From: Promethearchaeota archaeon Loki_b32
GTDB lineage: Archaea > Asgardarchaeota > Lokiarchaeia > Sigyniarchaeales > SOKP01
Direction: 5' to 3'
DNA: 64,000 nucleotides
NCBI GenBank assembly: GCA_005223125.1
Contig: NJBH01000006.1
Coordinates: forward strand, 32,001 to 96,000
The position numbers were made by a program, and so were the translations under genes. Shown piece by piece: positions 1 to 10,094 of this stretch (the first letter of the stretch is position 1; each line of letters begins with the position of its first letter). The notes below the pieces were generated by a model. The model had not been told where the DNA came from. It saw nothing but the letters and a program-made list of their open reading frames with translations, and did not search any database.

Positions 1-191
1 TTTAAATTGGAAACTTTAGAAAACATTTCATCCAAAGGAGTTCCAATCATTGCTTCAATTTCTTCCCGATTCAACTCAGGGAGCGTAAATTTTCTTAAAG
101 CATAATTAAAAGACTTTACGATCCCTTTCCTATTGTTAATTAGGGTATTATCTAAGTCAAAACTTAAAATAATCTTCACTGTTTTTTTCAT
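1..191 (-). CDS. HAD-superfamily hydrolase (phosphoglycolate phosphatase-like), runs off window start
   Basis: Hand translation from ATG at 191: MKKTVKIILSFDLDNTLINNRKGIVKSFNYALRKF...MIGTPL; HAD motif I DxDxT plus cap-domain start. Not in ORF track. Confidence 0.8.
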   Translation of the reverse strand, partial: MKKTVKIILSFDLDNTLINNRKGIVKSFNYALRKFTLPELNREEIEAMIGTPLDEMFSKVSNL

Positions 192-277
192 AATATAATA
201 TGATCAGAAGAAATTGCTATATTTTAATTACTTGATTAAAAAGTATTGAAAAAAAAAGAAGATTGGGATTAAAAAAC

Positions 278-1420
278 TTACATTAATATCGTTAATAAGG
301 GATCTCCTAGAAGAATCATTCCCATCGAATCAGGGTCACTTGGACCATGTAATGGATTCCAATACCATAATCTCATGGCTTCACCGAAGACCTTTCCTTG
401 ATTTAATGGTGTATAAAAATAGCTATTCATTGTCATTCCACCTATCTTTGATGAGCCCACTATGGTCAAAGTATTATTAGAAAAGAGATATTGGGTTCCC
501 AAATTATTTTGATATTCAAAATTAGCTGCTGAACATGCAAACAGATTGTAGAACAAAGCTTTAGTGTTAATATTTAGAACATCAGTATAATTTACTTTTC
601 CTTCTGCACCATATCCACTTGGACCAAATAAATGCTCATATGGCCAAGAATGTGCAAAAACATGAATAAATTCATAAATATGTGTTAAACGAGTCTTATA
701 ATCTGCTGCAGTTGTGCTGGTTAGTGAACTAATACAAGTTATGTTTGAATAAGCAGTCATATCACCAAGCCATTCGCTTGTCCATGCTGCCCAATCATCA
801 TCAATATACACTAGTTGCGAATGAGGACGAGTAAGTTGACCCATTCGATAAGCATGATTTCGAGCAAAATAATCGCGATATGCTGTAAGATGATCAGTAT
901 TATTCAAAGATTCAGGACATATTCTCCCTATCCAAATTTCAGGGTAAATATCGCCTGTACCATTATTATGAGTATCAAAAAGTTCATCAGTAGGATCATT
1001 ATCAACCAATTCACCATCCAAATCAGTCAAGTATAAATCGATTGGATAAGTCCTCCATAAAGTCCAAAAGCTATCGTAATACTGCATCATTGCTGAAGGA
1101 AGATCTCCAATTAACACAGCTCCAGCTAAACCCAGAGGTTGATTACTTGCATTTATTAAATCATATCTTAATGCAGTTACGTTGTTACTGGACCAATTTA
1201 TGATATCTACAGTGTATCCTTGATTAATAACGTCTTGTTTGTACTGTTCAATTTCAGAAGAGAGACTACTATAAATAGTTGAATTGACATAAAAATGAAT
1301 GTGAGTTTTTTGAGTAGAAGCTGGAGTTTTACTGAAAATAACCAATGAAAATGGAATAGTTACTCCTACAAATATTCCGCATAATATAACAACAAGAAGA
1401 TATTTTGTTTTTTTATTCAT
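278..1420 (-). CDS. Membrane-anchored peptidase C25 (gingipain)-like protein
   Basis: N-terminal hydrophobic anchor; VLIGDLP, PEIWIGRI, candidate His/Cys dyad (FAHS, FACS), C-terminal LLGDP typical of C25. Confidence 0.7.
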   Translation of the reverse strand: MNKKTKYLLVVILCGIFVGVTIPFSLVIFSKTPASTQKTHIHFYVNSTIYSSLSSEIEQYKQDVINQGYTVDIINWSSNNVTALRYDLINASNQPLGLAGAVLIGDLPSAMMQYYDSFWTLWRTYPIDLYLTDLDGELVDNDPTDELFDTHNNGTGDIYPEIWIGRICPESLNNTDHLTAYRDYFARNHAYRMGQLTRPHSQLVYIDDDWAAWTSEWLGDMTAYSNITCISSLTSTTAADYKTRLTHIYEFIHVFAHSWPYEHLFGPSGYGAEGKVNYTDVLNINTKALFYNLFACSAANFEYQNNLGTQYLFSNNTLTIVGSSKIGGMTMNSYFYTPLNQGKVFGEAMRLWYWNPLHGPSDPDSMGMILLGDPLLTILM

Positions 1421-1589
1421 TTTTCATTCCTTTTTGAAACTTTAAATTACTCAAAAGGTCCACTAGATTAATTTGAAATATTTCTCGACTGATATCTCAT
1501 TAGTAGACTTTTTATATTAACATAAAGGATTAGTTTTAAATATTTAAGTATTTAAGACCCGCGTAAGTAGTCTATACAAAAGTGTCTAT

Positions 1590-3242
1590 TTAGTTTATTT
1601 TAAATCCTTTAAATAATTTCAAAAGATACATTATTTCTTCAGAGTTTTCGATTAGTCTTCTTAAATTGTAAGGGAAAATGGCCAATCCTACTTCCTTCCC
1701 ATTGGAAACTTGTTCGATCATTATTTTTATAATTTCTTTAAATTTTCTAACAGTATCACCTTCAATTTCTATTTCAGAGATAATTTCCCATGCTTTATCC
1801 AATTTTCCATTTAATAAACATGAGATAGAGGCAAGAACATAACTCTGAACTATATGCGAATAACCAATTTTTTTGAGGTTAGCTGCCCTATAATAATAGC
1901 GATATAAATTGTTTACCATTTCTCTTAAGAGGTAATCTTTGGCGTTATCTAACTGTTCATAAAATTTAATACTTTCTAAAATAAGAGTAGCTGCAGTAAA
2001 AAATTGTTTGTTTTTTAAATCTTCTTCTGCAATTTTATTTAATCCTCTAATAATTTGATTGAAAATACCAAATCTATTAAATTCTAATTCTCCTTCAATC
2101 GCAATATCATAAGCATTTAAATAACTCTCTGTAGACTCATTTATACTTCCGATCTTCCAAAAATTATCTCCTGCTTTTACAAAATGTTTGTAACTCATTT
2201 CAAAATTATCCATTTCTTTAAAAACATTAGCCCCATCAAAAAAATTTATAGCTGCTTGGTTAAAATCTTCTATCTTCTCAGAAAAATTACCAGCTAGCAA
2301 AAAACAAGAAGCACATTCAATTAAATTATTTTTTATATCAAGATAACATAATCCAGCTCCTCGGTAATATCGAGAGATTTTATGAAAATTTTCTTGGTTC
2401 TTTTCTAATGTTTCTGCTAGATCTATATATGCACCAGCTTCTTTTTTAGAAAAATTAGTATACTGGTCTTTTTCATCTAAAATTTTGTAGAGATTTTTTA
2501 ATATCTGATAAATCTGAGCTAATGTTAGATTATCGCTTGTTTCTTCATATTTAGTCGCTAAATTTGAGAAAAATTCTACTCCCTCCAATATAATATCTTG
2601 TGATTTGTTGTAATCGTCGATTTCCTCATAACAGGATCCAATTTGTTGGTATGAATAGGATAGCATATCATAAAAGTAATGAATTTTTGAAATTTCGATA
2701 ACTTTCTCGTAAAATTTTATAGCCTTCTTGAAATTAGATAATTTTAGAAATAAATCCGCGATATTTTGATAATTTTGAGCTAGTTTTCTAGCTTCATTAA
2801 ACTCTTTTAGAAGTTCACTCTCTTGTTTTAAAAATTTTATACTATTTAAGATATTTTTTTTCTCAGATTCTGAATTAATAATTTTTTCGCTGTAAATATC
2901 TGCAATTCGTAAATACAATTCAGCGATTTCATGTAATTTGGCTTGAAGTTTATAATCAACAATTAATTTTTTATATAATTCAATAATCTGGTTATACAGT
3001 TCGAGAGCCTCCGAGAAATCAATGTTTTCTACAATCTCTGCAACCGAGAAAAGAAATTCTCCAGCTTCAAAATATTCTCCAGATTGAGCAATATCATTAG
3101 CAAAATTAATAGAACACGAAAGCATCTCTTTTATTTTTTTATTTTTTTCTATTGGATCTGTTAAGCTTTGAATTTTGGATTCATAATTACGTATCTTATC
3201 TAAAAATTCAGTGTAATCTATGAATTCTTCTTCTTCAATAAT
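1590..3242 (-). CDS. All-helical TPR protein, alpha-SNAP/Sec17-like; probable ATT start at 3242 (ORF track ATG at 3125)
   Basis: Repeated SNAP-type helical pairs (CASCFLLAGNF..., AAINFFDGANVF..., YKHFVKAGDNF). Frame stays open upstream of the ATG to TGA at 3255-3257; GAGGAG SD lies just before ATT. Confidence 0.65.
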   Translation of the reverse strand: MIEEEEFIDYTEFLDKIRNYESKIQSLTDPIEKNKKIKEMLSCSINFANDIAQSGEYFEAGEFLFSVAEIVENIDFSEALELYNQIIELYKKLIVDYKLQAKLHEIAELYLRIADIYSEKIINSESEKKNILNSIKFLKQESELLKEFNEARKLAQNYQNIADLFLKLSNFKKAIKFYEKVIEISKIHYFYDMLSYSYQQIGSCYEEIDDYNKSQDIILEGVEFFSNLATKYEETSDNLTLAQIYQILKNLYKILDEKDQYTNFSKKEAGAYIDLAETLEKNQENFHKISRYYRGAGLCYLDIKNNLIECASCFLLAGNFSEKIEDFNQAAINFFDGANVFKEMDNFEMSYKHFVKAGDNFWKIGSINESTESYLNAYDIAIEGELEFNRFGIFNQIIRGLNKIAEEDLKNKQFFTAATLILESIKFYEQLDNAKDYLLREMVNNLYRYYYRAANLKKIGYSHIVQSYVLASISCLLNGKLDKAWEIISEIEIEGDTVRKFKEIIKIMIEQVSNGKEVGLAIFPYNLRRLIENSEEIMYLLKLFKGFKIN

Positions 3243-3365
3243 TGTAAGATCTCCTCATAAAAAGTAAAACCTAAATATAGAAATTAATATAAAAATAAAA
3301 AAAATTGGATTTTTCTTGAAACTTAAAATTTGTATGCTTAATTATCTTAAATATGAAAATTTCTA

Positions 3366-3397
3366 ATGAGTTACTAAAATTTAACCTAGTAACTCAT
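3366..3397. promoter_or_regulatory. Perfect 11-bp inverted repeat ATGAGTTACTA-N10-TAGTAACTCAT in divergent promoter region
   Basis: Read directly; lies between the divergent starts of the SNAP-like and ubiquitin-like genes. Confidence 0.5.
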
Positions 3398-3493
3398 CAA
3401 AAAGAAAAAATCACTGCGTTCTGAAACGAATAAAACTTAAGAAATAATATTAAATATTATAAAGATTATTTATTAAATAATTAAAAATATTAG

Positions 3494-3712
3494 GTGTTTA
3501 TTATAAAACAAATCTCAGAGTTATTAGATACTGGTTTATATGAAACTTTTACTCCAGATAAGTCTATGACAGTTGCAGATTTATTAAGAGAACTTAATTT
3601 GGAAGATAAGTATTTTGGTATCCTTGTAAATGGAAAAAAAGCAACACCAGAAACCAAAATTGGAACAGAGGATTCCATTATTATACTTCCACATATAGCG
3701 GGTGGATTTTAG
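3494..3712 (+). CDS. MoaD/ThiS/SAMP-family ubiquitin-like beta-grasp protein ending GG-F
   Basis: TVADLLRELNL, ILVNGK, DSIIILPHIAGGF match the ThiS/MoaD pattern. Confidence 0.85.
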   Translation: MFIIKQISELLDTGLYETFTPDKSMTVADLLRELNLEDKYFGILVNGKKATPETKIGTEDSIIILPHIAGGF

Positions 3713-3849
3713 ATTAACAAATCTTTTTTTTACTCTCTTTTTTAAATGGTTTCATTACTTCAATTTAATTCATAGTGATTATTAGGAATTGGAGTTCTTA
3801 AACTCAATTGTTTTAAAGATTGTTTTCAAAGAAACCACGCGTTATTTTA

Positions 3850-4120
3850 ATAACTTGTTCAAGACATTCTTTTGAAGCCGTATAAAACGCATGAGGCTTA
3901 TCACGGAGTAATTTCGTGTTAAAAAGGTTAGGAAGGATTTTTTTCGCACGCTTTATAACGGATTTTCCCGGGAAAAGGATATCATTTTGAAACGCCAGTT
4001 GATGGTAAAATAGAGAAATACGAAATATCTTGGAGATATTTACGACATGAAGTTTCTTATTTAGAACGTAATAGAAGAATTCCTAAAATTTTAGATATTA
4101 ATAACATCCCCCTCTTCTAA
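3850..4120 (+). pseudogene. Possible degraded gene remnant of unknown family
   Basis: Start-less open stretch 3959-4120 (GYHFETPVDGKIEKYEISWRYLRHEVSYLERNRRIPKILDINNIPLF*) preceded by protein-like text broken by stops and frameshifts. Confidence 0.3.
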
Positions 4121-4249
4121 AAATTTTTTTTCTTCAAGAAATAAAAAAAAGATAAGATTCGATAACAATCGCAGAACAAGGTCTTACTAATTACTACCTA
4201 CTACTTATTAAATATTATTATATTTTACTGATTTGTAACAAAAAGAAGC

Positions 4250-4504
4250 CTAATATCGAAAATCTCGAACTTGCGCAGGAGCGGCTTCAGTTACTACTAC
4301 CTTACTCGCAGCAGGGCCTTTATCACCTTGAGTGATCTCAAATTCTACTTTATCGCTTTCATGTAGGGTAGCAAATTCATCACCCTCCTTAACAATGGCA
4401 CTGTGATGAACGAATATATCTCCTTCTTCTTCAGTTGCTATAAATCCATAACCTTTACGGTTATCAAACCATTTAACTGTACCTTCGGTCAATTTTAAAA
4501 CCAA
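4250..4504 (-). CDS. cspA: Cold-shock domain protein
   Basis: GTVKWF, RNP1 KGYGFI, RNP2 IFVHHS, GDKGPAA. Confidence 0.95.
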   Translation of the reverse strand: MVLKLTEGTVKWFDNRKGYGFIATEEEGDIFVHHSAIVKEGDEFATLHESDKVEFEITQGDKGPAASKVVVTEAAPAQVRDFRY

Positions 4505-4722
4505 TTTTTACATAAATTAAATTTTTTTATCAGTTCGTATTGAACTATTTAAGAAAATGAATGATGTTGTAAATATGTTATGTATTTCCAATGATTTATT
4601 GAAAAATTCATAGTGTTTATTTGATTTAAAAAATATAATCCAAAGGTCTTGTAGAATCTTAACCAAAATTAATCCCCTATTTAGATTTATAATATATATT
4701 ATGATTTCGTTCTAAAAAACTG

Positions 4723-5703
4723 TTACTTTAATGTAATTCGTAATAGATCTTTAGCTATTATAGTGTTAGGGAATATTTCTTTAGCTTCTTCTAGTAACAT
4801 TAAGGCATTTTCTTGATATCGTGCTGAAATATGAGTAAGAATCAATTGTTTTGCATTCATTTTTTTTGCATCTGTTGCTGCATCAACCGATGTAGAATGT
4901 TTCTTCTCCTCAGCAATTTCTGCAAGTGCTTTTGCGAACGTTGCCTCATGTATTAAAATATCTGAATTTATTCCTAAATTTATTAATGAATCACTAGGTT
5001 TTAAATCTCCTGAGTAGGTAATTTTTCTTCCTGGTTGTTTGGCACCAACAATTCCTTCCTTAACAGGATCAATAGTTGTTCCATTGAAATCAATGATTTG
5101 TCCTTCTTGTAGTTTTTTCCACAGATGACCTTCAGGAATACATAATTCTCTAGCACGGTCAGGATTGAATTTACCATATCGTGATTTTTCAATGAAAGCA
5201 TATGCGAAGGTGATGACAGAATGTTCTACTAGAGCATATTTTATTGAAAAGTATTTCGTATCTAACACTATGTTATTATTCATCTGGATTGTCTTCTTTG
5301 GTGTTTCAGAATCTAATCCTTCATACTCAATTAATTCTTGCGATTGATGATCGATTTCTATGATTTTAATATGATATTTAGCTTTCAATCCAAGAATTTT
5401 CTTATGGAGAAATAAATAAAGAAAGAGATTTCGGGGTCCAAAAATCATCATTGGTGCGGTTCTATCGTTTAAACTTAAACGAAATAAAAATCCAGGGAGG
5501 CCAATAATATGGTCTCCATGAAAATGAGATATAAATATTTTCATTGGTTTATTAAATTTTAATCCTGCTTCAGCAAATTTACGTTGGAAATCTTCTCCAC
5601 AATCAAAAAGGAAAATTTGATTTCTATATCTCAAAGCAATACTAGAGAGATTACGTTCTTTAATAGGAGTCGCTGCTGCGCTTCCTAATATAATTAGTTC
5701 CAT
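4723..5703 (-). CDS. rnz: Ribonuclease Z
   Basis: LGSAAATP, DCGE, HFHGDH, flexible arm, YSGD, HEATF, HST, LTHISARY. Confidence 0.95.
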   Translation of the reverse strand: MELIILGSAAATPIKERNLSSIALRYRNQIFLFDCGEDFQRKFAEAGLKFNKPMKIFISHFHGDHIIGLPGFLFRLSLNDRTAPMMIFGPRNLFLYLFLHKKILGLKAKYHIKIIEIDHQSQELIEYEGLDSETPKKTIQMNNNIVLDTKYFSIKYALVEHSVITFAYAFIEKSRYGKFNPDRARELCIPEGHLWKKLQEGQIIDFNGTTIDPVKEGIVGAKQPGRKITYSGDLKPSDSLINLGINSDILIHEATFAKALAEIAEEKKHSTSVDAATDAKKMNAKQLILTHISARYQENALMLLEEAKEIFPNTIIAKDLLRITLK

Positions 5704-5722
5704 AGCCTGACGTATGATAAAT

Positions 5723-7054
5723 TTATTTTCGTAACTGAGAGAGCTCTAATCTTTGTTCACTATTTAGTTTTTCCAGATTATTGATTTTATTTTTAAGTTC
5801 TCTAACTCTCAATGCTAAGTTAGGATCTTCTTTCTTAGGTTGAACCCGAGTTTGGAAATTTAAGCTGTCCAATTGACGTTGTAAATCACTGATTTTTTGA
5901 TCCTTTACTTTTACATCATTTTCTAAATGTCGATATTTTCTTTTTATCTGTACTGCCTCGTTTTTAATTGTTTCAATTTCTCCTTCTTTTGTTTCTAGTT
6001 GTTTTTGAAGAAATATTGCCATCTCTCTTTGCATCTTTAATTTACCTTCTAGCTCGTTTCGGTTTTCACTTGGTTCTGGTGATTTTGTCATTTGATCTTT
6101 CTTAATTTGTTCTTGAAGCGATTTTATTTGTAATTTAGCTCTATTTAATTTATTTTGTAAATCTTCTTTTAATCTTTTAATCATTTCACTAGAAGTAGCA
6201 TCATTTTGTTCAAAACTAGCTGCAATTTCGTTTTTTTGTAAAGAAATAAGATCTTTCTTTAATTCTTCAATTTCTTTATCCTTTATTCCAAGTAAGTCAT
6301 TTAACTCATTAATTTCTTTTTTAAAATCTTGTACTTTCGTAAGTTCTTTATTTTCCTTTTTACTTCTTTTTACTGCCTTCTCATGTTTTTGTTTTAATTC
6401 AGATATTTTTCTTTTAGATTTATTTAATTGTTGTTGGAGATCTTCTATTAATTTTTTCGCAATTGAATCACCTTTGTTATCATCAGAAGCAGTGCTAAAA
6501 TCTTTTATCTTTTGATTTAATTCAAAGATCTCTGACTTAAGACCTTGAATTTCTTCTTCTTTTTTTTTTAATTTTTCATCAAAATCTTCGCTAGCGCCTT
6601 TATAAGCTCTTAATTTCTTAATTAATGATTGTTGTTTGTTTATTTTTTCTTGTAAATCTTTTACTAACGCATTAAGAGGTGGTTTACTTCTTAAATCTTC
6701 GACTCTAATAACCTTTGATTCTTTACTTCTGGATTTTATTCTTTCTAATTTTTGCTGAAGTTGTACTTTCTCTTTTCTTAAAAAGCCCATACTATTTTTT
6801 AGAGTTCTAATTTGTTTATCTTTTGCATCGAGCTCAATAGCCATTTTTGAGTCTTCTGCTTGCTTCTTTTTACTTTTCTTTTTTGAGTCTTCTTCTGGGA
6901 TAAGAGCTTCTAATCTCATAATAGTTTCTTCGAGGTCTTCAATTTTATCAAGTAAATTATGAATTTCAGTATCTTTTTTCATAATTTCTGTTTCTAGAAC
7001 CTTGATATGTGTTTCTAGAACCTTGACACGAGTTTTTAATGTATCATCAGACAT
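5723..7054 (-). CDS. Long coiled-coil protein with internal repeats
   Basis: Heptad-rich, K/E/Q/L biased throughout; no catalytic motif seen. Confidence 0.75.
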   Translation of the reverse strand: MSDDTLKTRVKVLETHIKVLETEIMKKDTEIHNLLDKIEDLEETIMRLEALIPEEDSKKKSKKKQAEDSKMAIELDAKDKQIRTLKNSMGFLRKEKVQLQQKLERIKSRSKESKVIRVEDLRSKPPLNALVKDLQEKINKQQSLIKKLRAYKGASEDFDEKLKKKEEEIQGLKSEIFELNQKIKDFSTASDDNKGDSIAKKLIEDLQQQLNKSKRKISELKQKHEKAVKRSKKENKELTKVQDFKKEINELNDLLGIKDKEIEELKKDLISLQKNEIAASFEQNDATSSEMIKRLKEDLQNKLNRAKLQIKSLQEQIKKDQMTKSPEPSENRNELEGKLKMQREMAIFLQKQLETKEGEIETIKNEAVQIKRKYRHLENDVKVKDQKISDLQRQLDSLNFQTRVQPKKEDPNLALRVRELKNKINNLEKLNSEQRLELSQLRK

Positions 7055-7159
7055 TAAGAAGAATCACCTTTATATTAGTATAATACAATTTCAAAAATTA
7101 AAATTTAACTTATTAATATCTTTCCCATCTTTTTTCTAAATAATATTTTAATAAAAATC

Positions 7160-9070
7160 TTAATACATACTAAAATCTTTTATTGAAAAATTATTGATTT
7201 TCTTGAGTAATGGGAAGAGGCTCAAAAAATTAAAAATAATAAATATAAAAAATAAAAATAAAAACAAAACAAATGGAATATATAAAGGAGGCAAATAAAC
7301 TCGATCGAAAAGAAATAAAGAATTAATAATCATTCCTATTGCTAAACTTAAGAGTAAAGAGGGCATTAAAACAAAGGTTGACTCTAGGAAAAGAATCTTC
7401 TTTATAGATTTAGTTTTTGAACCTATGGCACGCATAATTAAAAAATCCTTCGCTTTCTCCATTATTCCTGCCTTTTGGTAATTATATAATGAAAAAATAG
7501 CAATTATAGAGATTATAATCATTAATAACATAGGATAGATAGATAAATTACCTAAATATTCCATATTATCTTGAAAGATATTATCTAATCTTAAATGTGT
7601 GAAATTTTCTCCAATTTTTTGAGTAATATTATCAAGTTCATCTTTTATCCCATTATACGCTCCAGAACTTAGCTTTAGCATTATAATATTAACCTCTTCA
7701 TTTGTAAGGTTTAAAATCTTCCTAGATTCTTCAATGCTTAGATAACCAGCCCATCCAGAATAAAAACTATCAATTATTACACCGGAAACATGAAATCTCC
7801 TATTAAAAGTAGTAAGTTCTAAACTTTGATCTAAAGCATATTCAAAAAAGTTATAAGCTAGTCCATCTCCAATAGTCATATTATCATAGGCATCCACTTC
7901 AGTAAAGAATCTTCCTTCGATCTCAAAATTTTGAATTAAATTTTCAGGATTGACTCCGATAATAGGGATAATACCTTTTCGATTTTGTCCGACAACAGTA
8001 TATGTACCATCACCAGAAATATGAATGCCTGGAATTTCTTCAACATTATAAAAATTTATTATACGTTCATCAATTTTTTCGATTTCTTCAATGTTATATA
8101 ATTCATTCATATCACTTAAGTTGAAAAGATAATGTGATTCTGTAAAATTTATGTTCTTCTCATCAATTAAAATAGTAGGATCAGAAAACATCTTATACAT
8201 TAAGGAGTAATTGGATACTACATCTTGATGTCCAATAATTACAATGTTTTCACTTTGGGATTTATGAATCCATTCTTGAGATGATATTCGTAGAACTAAT
8301 GCACCTAAACCTAATGTGAAGATCATCAATCCAATTATAGAGAATAAAATTAAATACCTCTTAAATTCGCCTGTTTTTCTCAATGTATTGACAGTAGCAA
8401 TTTTAAAATTAATTCCAATTGAAGTCAACCATCTTGGTACTAATTTTAATCGCTTAGAAGCATCATAGTTATAAGGAATATCCTTTGAGAAAGAACTTAT
8501 AATTTTCTGTTTTCCAATTTTTCGAATTGTATAACCAGTTATTAAAAAAATCCCAAATATACATGAGAAAAACAATATAGGCGTATACACTAAATCAATT
8601 ACCAATATAATTGGAAAATTAAAAATATTCATGATCCAGGCGAAAATTCCAAATATTATCAAACCCAAAACTAATCCTAATAGAAAACCAATAAAAAATA
8701 GTATGTAAGCTTCCAATAGATAAAAACTATATAATTTACGGGGGAGTGTACCTAAAGATTTCATAATGGCTATATCTCTTTTTTTAGAAATAACCAATGT
8801 AGTTGTAACAGAAAGAATTATAACAATCGCTAAAGAAAGAAATAAAATTTGAATTAAATTATTAAATTCTTTATAGATAAGATTGATTCCTCCAGAGAAA
8901 TAATATATATTTGTATATGTAGTTTGAGTAAGTATATTTATACCTAATGATGATGTGAAATATATTAAGAACTCTGTAAATGCGATTATTATTATAATTA
9001 TTAATAAAAATGGAAAATTAGAATGCCTTTTTCTGTAAAAATCTTTTAACGCAAAATCAAACGATGACAT
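7160..9070 (-). CDS. ABC transporter permease, FtsX/MacB family
   Basis: Two FtsX-type motifs (KKRDIAIMKSLG; KDFLIMRAIGS), multiple TM helices, large extracytoplasmic loop. Confidence 0.85.
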   Translation of the reverse strand: MSSFDFALKDFYRKRHSNFPFLLIIIIIIAFTEFLIYFTSSLGINILTQTTYTNIYYFSGGINLIYKEFNNLIQILFLSLAIVIILSVTTTLVISKKRDIAIMKSLGTLPRKLYSFYLLEAYILFFIGFLLGLVLGLIIFGIFAWIMNIFNFPIILVIDLVYTPILFFSCIFGIFLITGYTIRKIGKQKIISSFSKDIPYNYDASKRLKLVPRWLTSIGINFKIATVNTLRKTGEFKRYLILFSIIGLMIFTLGLGALVLRISSQEWIHKSQSENIVIIGHQDVVSNYSLMYKMFSDPTILIDEKNINFTESHYLFNLSDMNELYNIEEIEKIDERIINFYNVEEIPGIHISGDGTYTVVGQNRKGIIPIIGVNPENLIQNFEIEGRFFTEVDAYDNMTIGDGLAYNFFEYALDQSLELTTFNRRFHVSGVIIDSFYSGWAGYLSIEESRKILNLTNEEVNIIMLKLSSGAYNGIKDELDNITQKIGENFTHLRLDNIFQDNMEYLGNLSIYPMLLMIIISIIAIFSLYNYQKAGIMEKAKDFLIMRAIGSKTKSIKKILFLESTFVLMPSLLLSLAIGMIINSLFLFDRVYLPPLYIPFVLFLFLFFIFIIFNFLSLFPLLKKINNFSIKDFSMY

Positions 9071-9085
9071 GACATATTTATTTTT

Positions 9086-9883
9086 CTAATTTTTAATATC
9101 ATTGATTATTTCTTCTTGTATTATTCTTCCATCCTCAAATGAAATAATTCTATCGGCTAAACTTATTATATAATCATCATGAGTAGCGATTATAATAGTT
9201 CTAATATTATTTTTTAATTCTTTAAAAAGATCTCTAATAAATTGACTAGTCTTCTTATCTAAATTTGCAGTTGGTTCATCAGCGATAATTAAAGGAGGAT
9301 CATTCGCTAATGCTCGTGCTATCGCTACTCTTTGCTGTTCTCCAGCAGATAATTGGAATGGTAAATGTTCTCTTCTATCACTAAGACCCATGTTTGCTAA
9401 TAATTTCATGGCGTGTTTCCTCTGATCTTTAAAATCCACTCCCGAAAGATTCATAGGAAACATAATGTTTTCCTCAGCAGTAAGAGTACTAATAAGATTG
9501 TAATTTTGAAATACAAATCCAGAATTTAATAATCTCCAAGTTGTTAATGATTCTTGTTCCATGTCTGAGATTTTCACACCAAAACTATATATAATTCCAC
9601 TGTTAGGTGTGTCTAATCCTCCTATTAAGTTTAGTAAAGATGTCTTACCTGCCCCACTAGGTCCCTTAATAACTAAAAATTCTCCATTATATATTGATAA
9701 TGATACATTATCCACTGCTCGAACAATATAATCTCCAATTTCAAAATCCTTAACTAAATCCTTACAATAAACTGCTGGTTTCTTTGTTAAATCTTTTAAT
9801 AAATCATTTTCTGATCTATCTTTATTATCTTCTAATGAACTTTTTCTCGTTTTATTGTCCGAAGAATTTTCTTTTTCTAGCAC
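9086..9883 (-). CDS. ABC transporter ATP-binding protein, LolD/MacB family
   Basis: Walker A GPSGAGKT, LSAGEQQRVAIARAL, ADEPTANLD, ATHD. Confidence 0.95.
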   Translation of the reverse strand: MLEKENSSDNKTRKSSLEDNKDRSENDLLKDLTKKPAVYCKDLVKDFEIGDYIVRAVDNVSLSIYNGEFLVIKGPSGAGKTSLLNLIGGLDTPNSGIIYSFGVKISDMEQESLTTWRLLNSGFVFQNYNLISTLTAEENIMFPMNLSGVDFKDQRKHAMKLLANMGLSDRREHLPFQLSAGEQQRVAIARALANDPPLIIADEPTANLDKKTSQFIRDLFKELKNNIRTIIIATHDDYIISLADRIISFEDGRIIQEEIINDIKN

Positions 9884-10094
9884 GATGTTTATAATTATTA
9901 TTTATTTAAATTTTTAGTGTTGATTGTAGCTACTTACGATAATATTATAAAAATCATTCAATGCAATATCAGAAATTTCTGAAAAACTTGTATAAAATTA
10001 TTTAGATATTAATTTTTATGGAACCTACAATTCTCCAAATTTTAGTTTGAACATAAATTAAGTTTAAATACTAAAGTATCATATTTATACTCTA

